From positions 1-47,355 of IMG/VR virus record IMGVR_UViG_3300009678_000018: a stretch of 47,355 nt of DNA; one strand, given 5' to 3'. The position numbers were made by a program, and so were the translations under genes. The stretch comes from a virus. Shown one piece after another: positions 40,657 through 47,355 of this stretch (its first letter is position 1; each line of letters opens with the position of its first letter). The notes under the pieces were generated by a model, which searched no databases, was not told the origin of the DNA, and saw nothing but the letters and a program-made list of their open reading frames with translations.

Positions 40657-41846
40657 GCATCTTCAAACCCGTCGCCATCGAACAGACCGCCGCGAAGGTC
40701 GGCATCTTCGGCTCGCAGGGCTCTGGCAAAACCACCACGAGCGCGCTGATGCTGATCGGCCTCTCGCTGACGTTCCACAAGGGCGCGCCGGTCTTCATGC
40801 TCGACACCGAGAACGGCAGCGACTACCTCGAGCCGCTGTTTAAGCTCGAGGGCGTGCCCCTCCTCGTCGGCAAGAGCCGCGCGTTCAAGGACATGCGCGC
40901 CGGACTCGGCGAGGCCGAGCACGCCGAGGCCTGCGGGTATCTCGTCGACTCCTACTCACACCCGTGGACGGAGTTGACGGACACGTTCAAGGAGAAATCT
41001 CGCCGCAAGAAGCTCGAGTTTCACCACATGGCCGAGCTCAAGGGCTTGTGGCAACAGTGGACGACGCAGATGCTCAACTCGCCGCTGCACTGCGTGCTGT
41101 CGGGCCGGCTCGGCTACGTGTGGGACCGCGAGGAGGACGACGCGGACGGCGAGAAGGGCGACCTCATCAAGCTCGGCACGAAGATGAAAACCGAGTCCGA
41201 GGCCGGGTACGAGCCGTCGCTGCTGATCGAGATGGAGGGCATTCAGAGCGACGCGGGCCGCGTGAAGAAGACCAAGGCCAAGAAGGGCACGATCGCCCAT
41301 CACGCCTACGTGCTGAAGGACCGGTGGCGCACGCTGAACGGCCGCACCTTCATGTGGCCCGACATGAACACCTACAAGAAGGGCGACTGGAAGAAGGTCT
41401 TCGAGGTCTTCGCGCCGCACTTCAAACAGCTCGCCATCGGGCAGGCGACGACGCAACGCGCAATGGACCCCTCGCGCACGAGCCGCGCGCTGTTCGACGG
41501 TGGCGAGGCGGCCGAGTTCGGTCGGCAGCGTGACATCGCGCTCGAGGAGATCCAGGAGTCGGTCGCCGCGTGCTTCCCCGGACAGACGCGCGAAGAGAAA
41601 CTCCTGCGGCAAACCATCCTCGAGGCGCTCGTCGGCACGTTGTCGTGGACGAAGGTCACGACGATGCCGCTCGCCGAGCTCCAGCTTGCGAGTGCGACGG
41701 TGCAGGAGTTTCGTCGACAGGCCAGCGAGTCGCGCGATCGGGCCACCAACCCCGCGGGCGTCCTCGACCTCCTGAAGGTCTCCAGCGAGCTCGTCAATGC
41801 CCGCCGTGCGGCGCTCGACTTCGAGGCCGAGGGGGTGCCGCTCTAA
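40653..41846 (+). CDS. P-loop ATPase (AAA_24 / RecA-like phage NTPase) with a C-terminal extension
   Basis: GGAGG, then ATG 40653 (ATGA overlap). Walker A is GSQGSGKTT, and Walker B-like segments are VFMLDTE and YLVDSYS. Confidence 0.6.
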   Translation: MSIFKPVAIEQTAAKVGIFGSQGSGKTTTSALMLIGLSLTFHKGAPVFMLDTENGSDYLEPLFKLEGVPLLVGKSRAFKDMRAGLGEAEHAEACGYLVDSYSHPWTELTDTFKEKSRRKKLEFHHMAELKGLWQQWTTQMLNSPLHCVLSGRLGYVWDREEDDADGEKGDLIKLGTKMKTESEAGYEPSLLIEMEGIQSDAGRVKKTKAKKGTIAHHAYVLKDRWRTLNGRTFMWPDMNTYKKGDWKKVFEVFAPHFKQLAIGQATTQRAMDPSRTSRALFDGGEAAEFGRQRDIALEEIQESVAACFPGQTREEKLLRQTILEALVGTLSWTKVTTMPLAELQLASATVQEFRRQASESRDRATNPAGVLDLLKVSSELVNARRAALDFEAEGVPL

Positions 41847-41847
41847 C

Positions 41848-42594
41848 ATGGCCGGTCCGCGTCTCACCCGCCTCGCGTCCGATATCGGCCCGTTTGTCAT
41901 TGTGCCCGACTGGATTCTCCGGTCGGGCATCAGTGACCGGGGCGTGCGGCTGTTCGCCGTGTTGGCGCGCTATGCCGATCGGGCGGGGGAGGCGTTTCCG
42001 AGTCGCCGGCAACTGACGACCGACCTGCTGGCGTCTGCGGCGTCCATTGATCGGGCCACGAAGGAGCTCATCGACATCGGCGCGCTCGACGTCCAAGCGC
42101 GCTTCGACCACAACGGCGATCAGACCTCAAACCTGTACATCGTGCGGTACGCAAAACCAGCGGGGGGGTCGTCAGACCCGCAGCCCCCCCTCCTCACTGG
42201 TGACGAGGGGGGTCCTCACCCGAGCAACGGGGGGGTCATCACCAGTGAGGAGGGGGGCTCTGCACCCGTGATGCCCCCCCTCATCACGAGTGGGACCACC
42301 CCCTCATCACCGGTGACGAACGGAACTAGATCCACGTTAACTAGATCAGATCAAGATCAAGAGCAGCGCGCGTCCGCGCGCCCCGTTCACGTAAACACCA
42401 AAGGGCACAACCCCAGAGCCCTCATCAAGCTCGTGCACCTGGTGCTCGACGACATCGAGGCCGGACGCATCCACGAGCTCGACAAGAACGAAGAGCTCAA
42501 GCTGCGCGCCGCCCGCGCGCGCCTGACCTACGACATCGACAAACTCGGCAAGGCCGAACGCGCCGCCCGCGCGCGCAGGAAGAAGCGCGCATGA
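41848..42594 (+). CDS. Replication initiator-like wHTH protein (lambda O-like organisation)
   Basis: FVIVPDWILRSGISDRGVRLFAVLARYADRAGEAFPSRRQLTTDLLASAASIDRATKELIDIGAL resembles an HTH_36/replication-protein N-terminus. The repeat array is encoded in its central linker. Confidence 0.6.
   Translation: MAGPRLTRLASDIGPFVIVPDWILRSGISDRGVRLFAVLARYADRAGEAFPSRRQLTTDLLASAASIDRATKELIDIGALDVQARFDHNGDQTSNLYIVRYAKPAGGSSDPQPPLLTGDEGGPHPSNGGVITSEEGGSAPVMPPLITSGTTPSSPVTNGTRSTLTRSDQDQEQRASARPVHVNTKGHNPRALIKLVHLVLDDIEAGRIHELDKNEELKLRAARARLTYDIDKLGKAERAARARRKKRA
42162..42360 (+). repeat. ori: Putative origin of replication: seven iteron-like units of about 22-23 bp plus an AT-rich GATC cluster
   Basis: Units start at 42162, 42184, 42207, 42229, 42252, 42274 and 42299. 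Each is a G- or C-homopolymer (5-7 nt) followed by TCNTCAC-like. After them comes ggaactagatccacgttaactagatcagatcaagatcaag, with 4 GATC sites in 42329-42358. Confidence 0.65.
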
Positions 42595-42809
42595 CGGTCC
42601 TGACCACGACCTGCCCGGCGTATCAGTGCGACGGCACCGGCTGGCGCCGGTTCGAGTCGCTTGCCGGCGTCCCGCGCGTGACGCGCTGTGCCTGCTGGCG
42701 CCGGGCGCATCCCGTGGCGCCGCCGCCCACGCGCAAGACGAAGAAGACCGCCCCTCGCCCGAGGCCCGTGCGCGACGGGCGCGCCGCGGCCGCGGGTCTG
42801 TCCGACTAG
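42591..42809 (+). CDS. Small zinc-finger-like protein
   Basis: ATGA overlap. CPAYQCDGTGW...VTRCACW. Confidence 0.45.
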   Translation: MTVLTTTCPAYQCDGTGWRRFESLAGVPRVTRCACWRRAHPVAPPPTRKTKKTAPRPRPVRDGRAAAAGLSD

Positions 42810-42817
42810 GAGATCCC

Positions 42818-44317
42818 ATGCCCCGCCGCGCCGTCACCACCGCGAACGAAGTGCCGCCGATGCCCCCGATCACGACACATGCCCTCGAGGCGAGCTGGCT
42901 CGACATTGACAGCATCATCGCGAGTCCCCTCAATCCCCGGAAGCCCCACGCGGGCGACGATACGGATCTGGACGGCCTCGAGGCGTCGATCCGGCAGCAC
43001 GGCGTCTTGCAGCCGATCGTCGTCCGCGTCTCTCTGTTCGAGCCCGGGAAATACGAACTCGTCGCCGGCAGCCGGCGCCACGCCGCCACGAAGCGCGCCG
43101 GCCTCGAGACGATCCCGGCGACGGTGCGCGCCGTCACCGACGCGCAGCTCCTCGAGCTCGCGCTCACCGAGAACATCCAGCGCAAGAACATGCACCCGCT
43201 CGACGAAGCGAAGGCGCTCGATCGACTCCGCACGCTCGATCGCATCTACGCCGACGACAAGGTGCTCGCCGGCAAGATCGGCCGCTCCGAGACCTACGTG
43301 CGCGATCGGCTGAAGCTGCTCAAACTCGAGCCGGTCGTGCTCGAGGCGCTCGACGTCGACGCGATCACCGCGAAGCACGCCGAGCGCATCGCGCGACTGC
43401 CCAAGGATCAGCACATCGCGGCCCTGGCGGCGTGTTTCGGCGCGCTCTACAACGCGAGGAAGTCCATCGAGAAGCAGATCGACGACAAGGAGTGGGCAGA
43501 GCTCGCGCTCGACCTCGTGAAGCTCAGCCAATTCGATGAGTGGGTCGAGGACCACACCAAGGTCGACATCGACGATCCCGCTGTTCGAAAACAGCTCAAG
43601 CTCGAGCCGGTCGCGGAGCAGCGCACCGAGGCGGACGACCAGGCCGACATCGACGCGGCCGCCGTCGTGCGCCTGCAGTTGTCGGACGACGGGTATCTCG
43701 ACCGAGACACCGCGAGGGCGATGAACGTCATCCCGTCGACCGCGTGGAAGGAAGTCAAGAGCGAGAAGAACCGCTGCGAATACACGCGCGCGGCCGTCGT
43801 TGTCCACGGCGGCAAACTCCGGACGCTCGACGCCTGCACGCGCCGTTCGTGCTCGAAGCACTTCCCGAAGCCCCGGGCGACCAGCTCGGGCCGGTCGGCG
43901 CCCGCGAACGACTACAAGGCCGAGCAGGAGAAGTGTGAGAAGCGCGCTGCCGAGTGGAAGCGGGTGCGGGGCCGGTACTTCGCGGCGCTCGCCGAGCACG
44001 TCGAGCTCAAGTTCACGAAGCTCACGGCGGCCATTGTCAGAAACGCCGTCGCCCAGTGGGAGAGGAACTTCATCGCGAAGGAGTACGGCGTCGCCCTGAC
44101 GGACAAGACCGCTTTGACGGTGCTGGTGCTCTCCCTGCCCCGAACGAGCGAGCTTCAGTTCTTCGGCCCCGACGCGAAGAAGCTCGGCCTCAACGTCGAC
44201 GCGGTGACGAAGGCGATCGCGGCCGAGGACGCGGCCGCAGCGAAGGCGGCCGCCAAGACCGACACGCAAGCCAAGACGCCGGCGCCGGCGAAGAAGAAGG
44301 GCAAGGCCAAGAAGTGA
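42818..44317 (+). CDS. parB: ParB/Spo0J-like protein
   Basis: GGAGATCCC precedes ATG 42818. Matches include LNPRK, GVLQPIVVR, YELVAGSRRHAATKRAG (arginine patch), LTENIQRKNMHPLDEAKAL and the HTH LAGKIGRSETYVRDRLKLLKL. Lys/Ala-rich tail. Confidence 0.8.
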   Translation: MPRRAVTTANEVPPMPPITTHALEASWLDIDSIIASPLNPRKPHAGDDTDLDGLEASIRQHGVLQPIVVRVSLFEPGKYELVAGSRRHAATKRAGLETIPATVRAVTDAQLLELALTENIQRKNMHPLDEAKALDRLRTLDRIYADDKVLAGKIGRSETYVRDRLKLLKLEPVVLEALDVDAITAKHAERIARLPKDQHIAALAACFGALYNARKSIEKQIDDKEWAELALDLVKLSQFDEWVEDHTKVDIDDPAVRKQLKLEPVAEQRTEADDQADIDAAAVVRLQLSDDGYLDRDTARAMNVIPSTAWKEVKSEKNRCEYTRAAVVVHGGKLRTLDACTRRSCSKHFPKPRATSSGRSAPANDYKAEQEKCEKRAAEWKRVRGRYFAALAEHVELKFTKLTAAIVRNAVAQWERNFIAKEYGVALTDKTALTVLVLSLPRTSELQFFGPDAKKLGLNVDAVTKAIAAEDAAAAKAAAKTDTQAKTPAPAKKKGKAKK

Positions 44318-44505
44318 GCCGGCGTTTCATTCGCTACGTCGAGTGTTGGGCCTGTGGGCGCCGAATCTCATGCGACGCCTTCGGCCGTGCCCGCCTTCAT
44401 GGTCCAAAGGGTCGGCACTGCCTCGGCTCGAACACGAACCCGCCCGCCGGGCGTCGGTATGACCTCGCGAGCGGTCGGGTCATCGAGATCGGCGGCAATA
44501 AGTGA
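44314..44505 (+). CDS. Small Cys/His-rich protein
   Basis: GTGA overlap. VECWACGRRISC....HGPKGRHCLG. Confidence 0.4.
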   Translation: MSRRFIRYVECWACGRRISCDAFGRARLHGPKGRHCLGSNTNPPAGRRYDLASGRVIEIGGNK

Positions 44506-45107
44506 AACTGGCCGCCCGCGCCGCGCATTGGATGGCGACGTTCTCGGACAACGAGGCGGCCTGGCCGCGCGTGGTGTTCGAGCGCGGGCGGCCGGTGATC
44601 TACGCGACCTGGCTCACCGGCGGCGACTACCGCAACGCCGCCGCGAGCCGCGGGTTCTACGGCGCGTACCCGAGGGGCTATCTCGAGCGCGTCGCGGCTT
44701 TTTTCCCAGACGTCCGCGACGGCATTCTTCACGCCTTCTCGGGGTCACTGCCGACCAGTCCTGTCTACGTTCGGCTCGATACCCGCGAAGCCTGCACGCC
44801 CGACGTCGTCGGCAGCGTGTATGACGTCGCCGCGTTGTTCCGGCCGTTCCGTTTCAAGCTCATCTATGCGGACCCCCCGTACTCGGCGGCTGATGCCGAG
44901 CGCTACGGGACCGCCGGCGTCGATCGGCTCCGCGCCACGCGCGCGCTCGCCGAGGTGACGGTCAAGGGCGGGCATCTGGTGTGGCTAGACACCTGTTGGC
45001 CGCAATTCGACAAGACGCAGTGGACGACGGTCATGCGGATCACGCTGATCCGCTCCTGCAATCACCGCGTGCGGTTGGTCTCGGTCTTCGAGCGGGGGGC
45101 CGCGTAA
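44502..45107 (+). CDS. DNA methyltransferase (DPPY motif; N6-adenine or N4-cytosine)
   Basis: GTGA overlap. Motif I-like is HAFSGSL and motif IV is IYADPPYS. 201 aa. Confidence 0.7.
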   Translation: MKLAARAAHWMATFSDNEAAWPRVVFERGRPVIYATWLTGGDYRNAAASRGFYGAYPRGYLERVAAFFPDVRDGILHAFSGSLPTSPVYVRLDTREACTPDVVGSVYDVAALFRPFRFKLIYADPPYSAADAERYGTAGVDRLRATRALAEVTVKGGHLVWLDTCWPQFDKTQWTTVMRITLIRSCNHRVRLVSVFERGAA

Positions 45108-45364
45108 TGGCCGTGGTGAAAACGATCCGCGTGTTCGGCGACCGCGTGAATTTCAATCAGACCTGCCGCGGCTGCGGCGTCCGGCTCTGGTTCATCAAGT
45201 CGGTGCAGTCGGGGAAATGGCTCCCGTGCGACCGCGAGCCGGTGGCGCTGGCCACCGAGTCGCCGTACGAGCACGCCGAGGGCGCCGTCATCTGGCGCAT
45301 CGACGCCGACGTCGTGCATTTCTCGCGCTGCCCCGACGCCGAGCGCTTCCGGAGGGCGCGATGA
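45107..45364 (+). CDS. Small zinc-ribbon-like protein
   Basis: TAATG junction. CRGCGVRLWF....LPCD....HFSRCPD. Confidence 0.45.
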   Translation: MAVVKTIRVFGDRVNFNQTCRGCGVRLWFIKSVQSGKWLPCDREPVALATESPYEHAEGAVIWRIDADVVHFSRCPDAERFRRAR

Positions 45365-45648
45365 ACACGGACGTCACCGCGATCGGGACGACGCGCCGGC
45401 GCAAGCCGCAGGGCGGCAAGTGTGCCGATCCCGCGTGGCGCCGCGCGCGGGCTGCGAAAGCGAGCGCGGCGGCGCGGCGCACGTGGTGGCGCGCGCTCAC
45501 GACGCACGCCGAGCGCTTCCCGACGAAGGCGGCGGCGTATCGGGAGGGCTACCGCCTGGGATACGGCCGGGCGTACCGGTACTGGAAACGCCGGGCCGAC
45601 CGTCTCGAGCGCCGGCTGCGCGAGTTGCAGGCGAAGGCGGCCACATGA
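45361..45648 (+). CDS. Small basic hypothetical protein
   Basis: ATGA overlap. 95 aa, Arg/Ala-rich with a helical C-terminus. Confidence 0.4.
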   Translation: MNTDVTAIGTTRRRKPQGGKCADPAWRRARAAKASAAARRTWWRALTTHAERFPTKAAAYREGYRLGYGRAYRYWKRRADRLERRLRELQAKAAT

Positions 45649-46130
45649 CGCGCCGGATACCGCAGCAGCGCGAGAAGATCGAGCAGCGCCAGGGCGTGTA
45701 TGTGCCCTTCGAGCCGGGCCGTCGCGTTGGCCACGTCGTCGATGACGTCACTGGTTGCTGGATCTTCAGCGGCTCTAAGGACACGCACGGATACGGCAAG
45801 CTCAGTGTTGACGGCCACGGGAAGCCCGCACGGCCCGCACATCGCGTCTATTACGAGCGTGCAGCTGGGCGAATCCCGCGCGGACTGACACTTGACCACT
45901 TGTGCAGAAGCCGCGCGTGTGTAAATCCGATTCACCTCGAGCCGGTCACAAACCAAGTGAACGTGCAGCGCGGGAGGCGGACGCGACTAACTGTCGAGCT
46001 CGTCGATCAGTTGAATCGAGAATACGTGCTCGGTGGGACTTCACACGCCCAGCTCGCGAGACGCCTCGGGGTCTCGAAGTCGACCATCTCGCATGCGCTC
46101 CAAGGCAGAAAGTGGAGGCCGAGCCGATGA
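45645..46130 (+). CDS. HNH endonuclease (HNH_3-like) with a C-terminal HTH
   Basis: CWIFSGSKDTHGYGKLSVDG..ARPAHRVYYERAAGRIPRGLTLDHLCRSRACVNPIHLEPVT..VN, followed by SHAQLARRLGVSKSTISHAL. Confidence 0.85.
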   Translation: MTRRIPQQREKIEQRQGVYVPFEPGRRVGHVVDDVTGCWIFSGSKDTHGYGKLSVDGHGKPARPAHRVYYERAAGRIPRGLTLDHLCRSRACVNPIHLEPVTNQVNVQRGRRTRLTVELVDQLNREYVLGGTSHAQLARRLGVSKSTISHALQGRKWRPSR

Positions 46131-46528
46131 AGCAGCAACGCGAAAAAGTTGTGCAGGCGCAAGGTTGCGCGCTTCTTCGATCGATCGGCGCCTCAGTTTA
46201 TGTTCTCGGCACCAGGCGCCCGCGCGGGGACCATCAGGGGACGTGCCAAACCGCGGGGATCGCTGACGTCATCGCGTTCCTGCCGACGCCGCCACGGCCG
46301 CCCCGCCCGCAGTTCGCCGCCGCGACGGTGCTCTTTTGGGAAGTGAAGGCCGCCGGCGGCCGCGCGAGCGCCGATCAGCGCACCTTCGAGACCGCGTGTC
46401 TCGCCACAGCGACGCCGTACGTCCGCGGCGGGCTCGACGCGCTCTTTCACTTCCTGATTCGCGGCGGCTGGCTCCTGCCCGACCGCGTCGCGCACTACCG
46501 CGTACCACCGGAGACCGTAACGCCATGA
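46127..46528 (+). CDS. VRR-NUC-like (PD-(D/E)xK) nuclease
   Basis: ATGA overlap. GIADVIAF......LFWEVKAAGGRASADQRTF fits the D...ExK...Q pattern. Confidence 0.55.
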   Translation: MKQQREKVVQAQGCALLRSIGASVYVLGTRRPRGDHQGTCQTAGIADVIAFLPTPPRPPRPQFAAATVLFWEVKAAGGRASADQRTFETACLATATPYVRGGLDALFHFLIRGGWLLPDRVAHYRVPPETVTP

Positions 46529-46836
46529 CCGACACCAAGGGCTCCACCGTCGAGCTGCATGTCGTTAACACCGTGTCGGCGAGCCTGATTCACATCGCGC
46601 TCGAGATCGCGGAAGCCGTGTTCGTCGAGCTCGCGCGCCACGGCCGGCTCGCGCCCGAACTCATTGTCGACGATGTCGCGCGCCAGCGCACAAAGGTCGA
46701 GATCGGCGACGCGGCCATCAAGCGCCTGGCCGACGTGCTCATCGCCGGCAGCGTGGGCGCCGAGTGGCGCGTCGACCGACGTGCCGAGGGCGACCCGGTG
46801 GGGCTCGAGCACATGAAGTCCAAAACGGAGGCCTGA
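46525..46836 (+). CDS. Hypothetical protein (103 aa)
   Basis: ATGA overlap, in frame with track ORF 46336..46836. Confidence 0.45.
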   Translation: MTDTKGSTVELHVVNTVSASLIHIALEIAEAVFVELARHGRLAPELIVDDVARQRTKVEIGDAAIKRLADVLIAGSVGAEWRVDRRAEGDPVGLEHMKSKTEA

Positions 46837-46837
46837 C

Positions 46838-47050
46838 ATGCGACTCAAGGATGCACGCAAGAAGCTCGAGGGCGATCTCACGCGAGCGAGAAACGAAGCA
46901 GAGAAGGCGCTCCGCGCCGTCGAAACCGCGCAGACCGCGCACGCCGTCACCCGCGCGAAGGTCGAGGCCCTGCAGGACATGCTCAGCCAGCTCGCGCCGG
47001 CCGCCCGGCTGCGTACCGCGCGCCCGAAACCGCTGAAGGGAGACGCCTGA
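46838..47050 (+). CDS. Small coiled-coil protein
   Basis: 70 aa, MRLKDARKKLEGDLTRARNEAEKALRAVE... Confidence 0.45.
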   Translation: MRLKDARKKLEGDLTRARNEAEKALRAVETAQTAHAVTRAKVEALQDMLSQLAPAARLRTARPKPLKGDA

Positions 47051-47355
47051 TGTTCACCACGCCCAACGTCAAGCTCGTCCTCGCCCGCGCCACGCTGCGG
47101 AAGCGCAAGCAGCAGGACGCGCTCGATCGCGCGCGCGAGCCGGTCCTCACGTACTACGTCGTGCCGCGCGCGCTCTACGAGCGTCACGTTGGCGGCCCCT
47201 GGCTCGAGCTGGCGTCGGCAGCAGACGCCGCGGGCGCGGGATGTCGCATCGAGCGCTGCCGCAAGCGCGATCTCGGCTTGGCGGTCGCGGACGGCTTCGC
47301 GGTGGTCTACGAAGGCGCCCCGGGACAGATTTTCATCGCCCGGCAGGGCTGGTGA
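47050..47355 (+). CDS. Hypothetical protein (101 aa). Its 3' end is the terminal repeat.
   Basis: TGATG junction. It ends at the TGA at 47353-47355, equivalent to 121-123. Confidence 0.5.
   Translation: MFTTPNVKLVLARATLRKRKQQDALDRAREPVLTYYVVPRALYERHVGGPWLELASAADAAGAGCRIERCRKRDLGLAVADGFAVVYEGAPGQIFIARQGW
47233..47355. repeat. Terminal direct repeat, copy 2 (identical to 1-123)
   Basis: Exact 123-bp identity with the window start. Confidence 0.9.

Noticed and set aside
40653-41846. The P-loop ATPase, considered as the missing ParA partner of ParB.
   Set aside because: Its Walker A, GSQGSGKTT, lacks the signature lysine of deviant Walker A ParA/MinD proteins (KGGxGKT). It is also not adjacent to parB. 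An AAA_24/RecA-like assignment seems more likely.
42162-42318. Regularly spaced repeats, considered as a mini CRISPR array.
   Set aside because: The units are contiguous at about 22-23 bp with no unique spacers. They alternate in G/C polarity, lie in frame inside a CDS, and no cas genes are present. An iteron-type origin fits better.
44502-44509. GTGAAAC, a parS half-site, next to the parB gene.
   Set aside because: Only one half-site is present, and it coincides with the GTG AAA CTG start of the methyltransferase gene. The partner half, GTTNCAC, is missing.

Overview
This window appears to be one complete genome of a temperate, high-GC tailed phage (about two-thirds G+C by eye), not a piece of bacterial chromosome. 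Bases 1-123 are identical to 47233-47355, so the unique unit is about 47,232 bp and closes on itself inside a coding sequence.

Nearly all real genes are on the + strand and tightly packed. Many junctions overlap as ATGA, GTGA or TGATG.

- **Order of modules from the junction:**
  - a winged-helix protein and a GroES-like co-chaperonin
  - a small reverse-strand cassette with its own promoter
  - small and large terminase subunits
  - a parS-like site plus a G-run array
  - an initiator-like tRNA-Met, then portal, scaffold and major capsid
  - a long tail module with fibres, two LamG-like proteins, a G8/beta-helix protein and putative neck/nozzle proteins
  - a run of large putative internal virion proteins, including a 1667-aa HExxH protein, interrupted by a reverse-strand homing-endonuclease-like gene
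  - an atypical lysis region
  - attP (the 3' part of a tRNA-Ala gene) with a tyrosine integrase
  - a divergent CI/Cro-like switch and early genes
  - an AAA-type ATPase and a replication initiator with an internal iteron/AT-rich origin
  - ParB, a DNA methyltransferase, an HNH endonuclease and a VRR-NUC-like nuclease
- **Virion type:** I recognised no tail tube, sheath or tape-measure gene, so a podovirus-like virion is inferred.
- **ORF-track artefacts:** Most long reverse-strand ORFs in the track are Arg/Ala/Gly-rich GC artefacts.
- **Most interesting observations:**
  - a canonical chromosomal-type parS core next to an orphan-ParB phage
  - two near-identical 10-bp-phased G-run arrays, after terL and in the attP arm
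  - six tail-module proteins with signal-peptide-like N-termini, at least two of which share a C-terminal PRxFLKxIIR tail
  - an 18-bp motif repeated upstream of two GTG-start genes
  - an origin embedded in the initiator gene
  - a chimeric initiator-like tRNA

All family assignments come from reading the translations. No searches were run.
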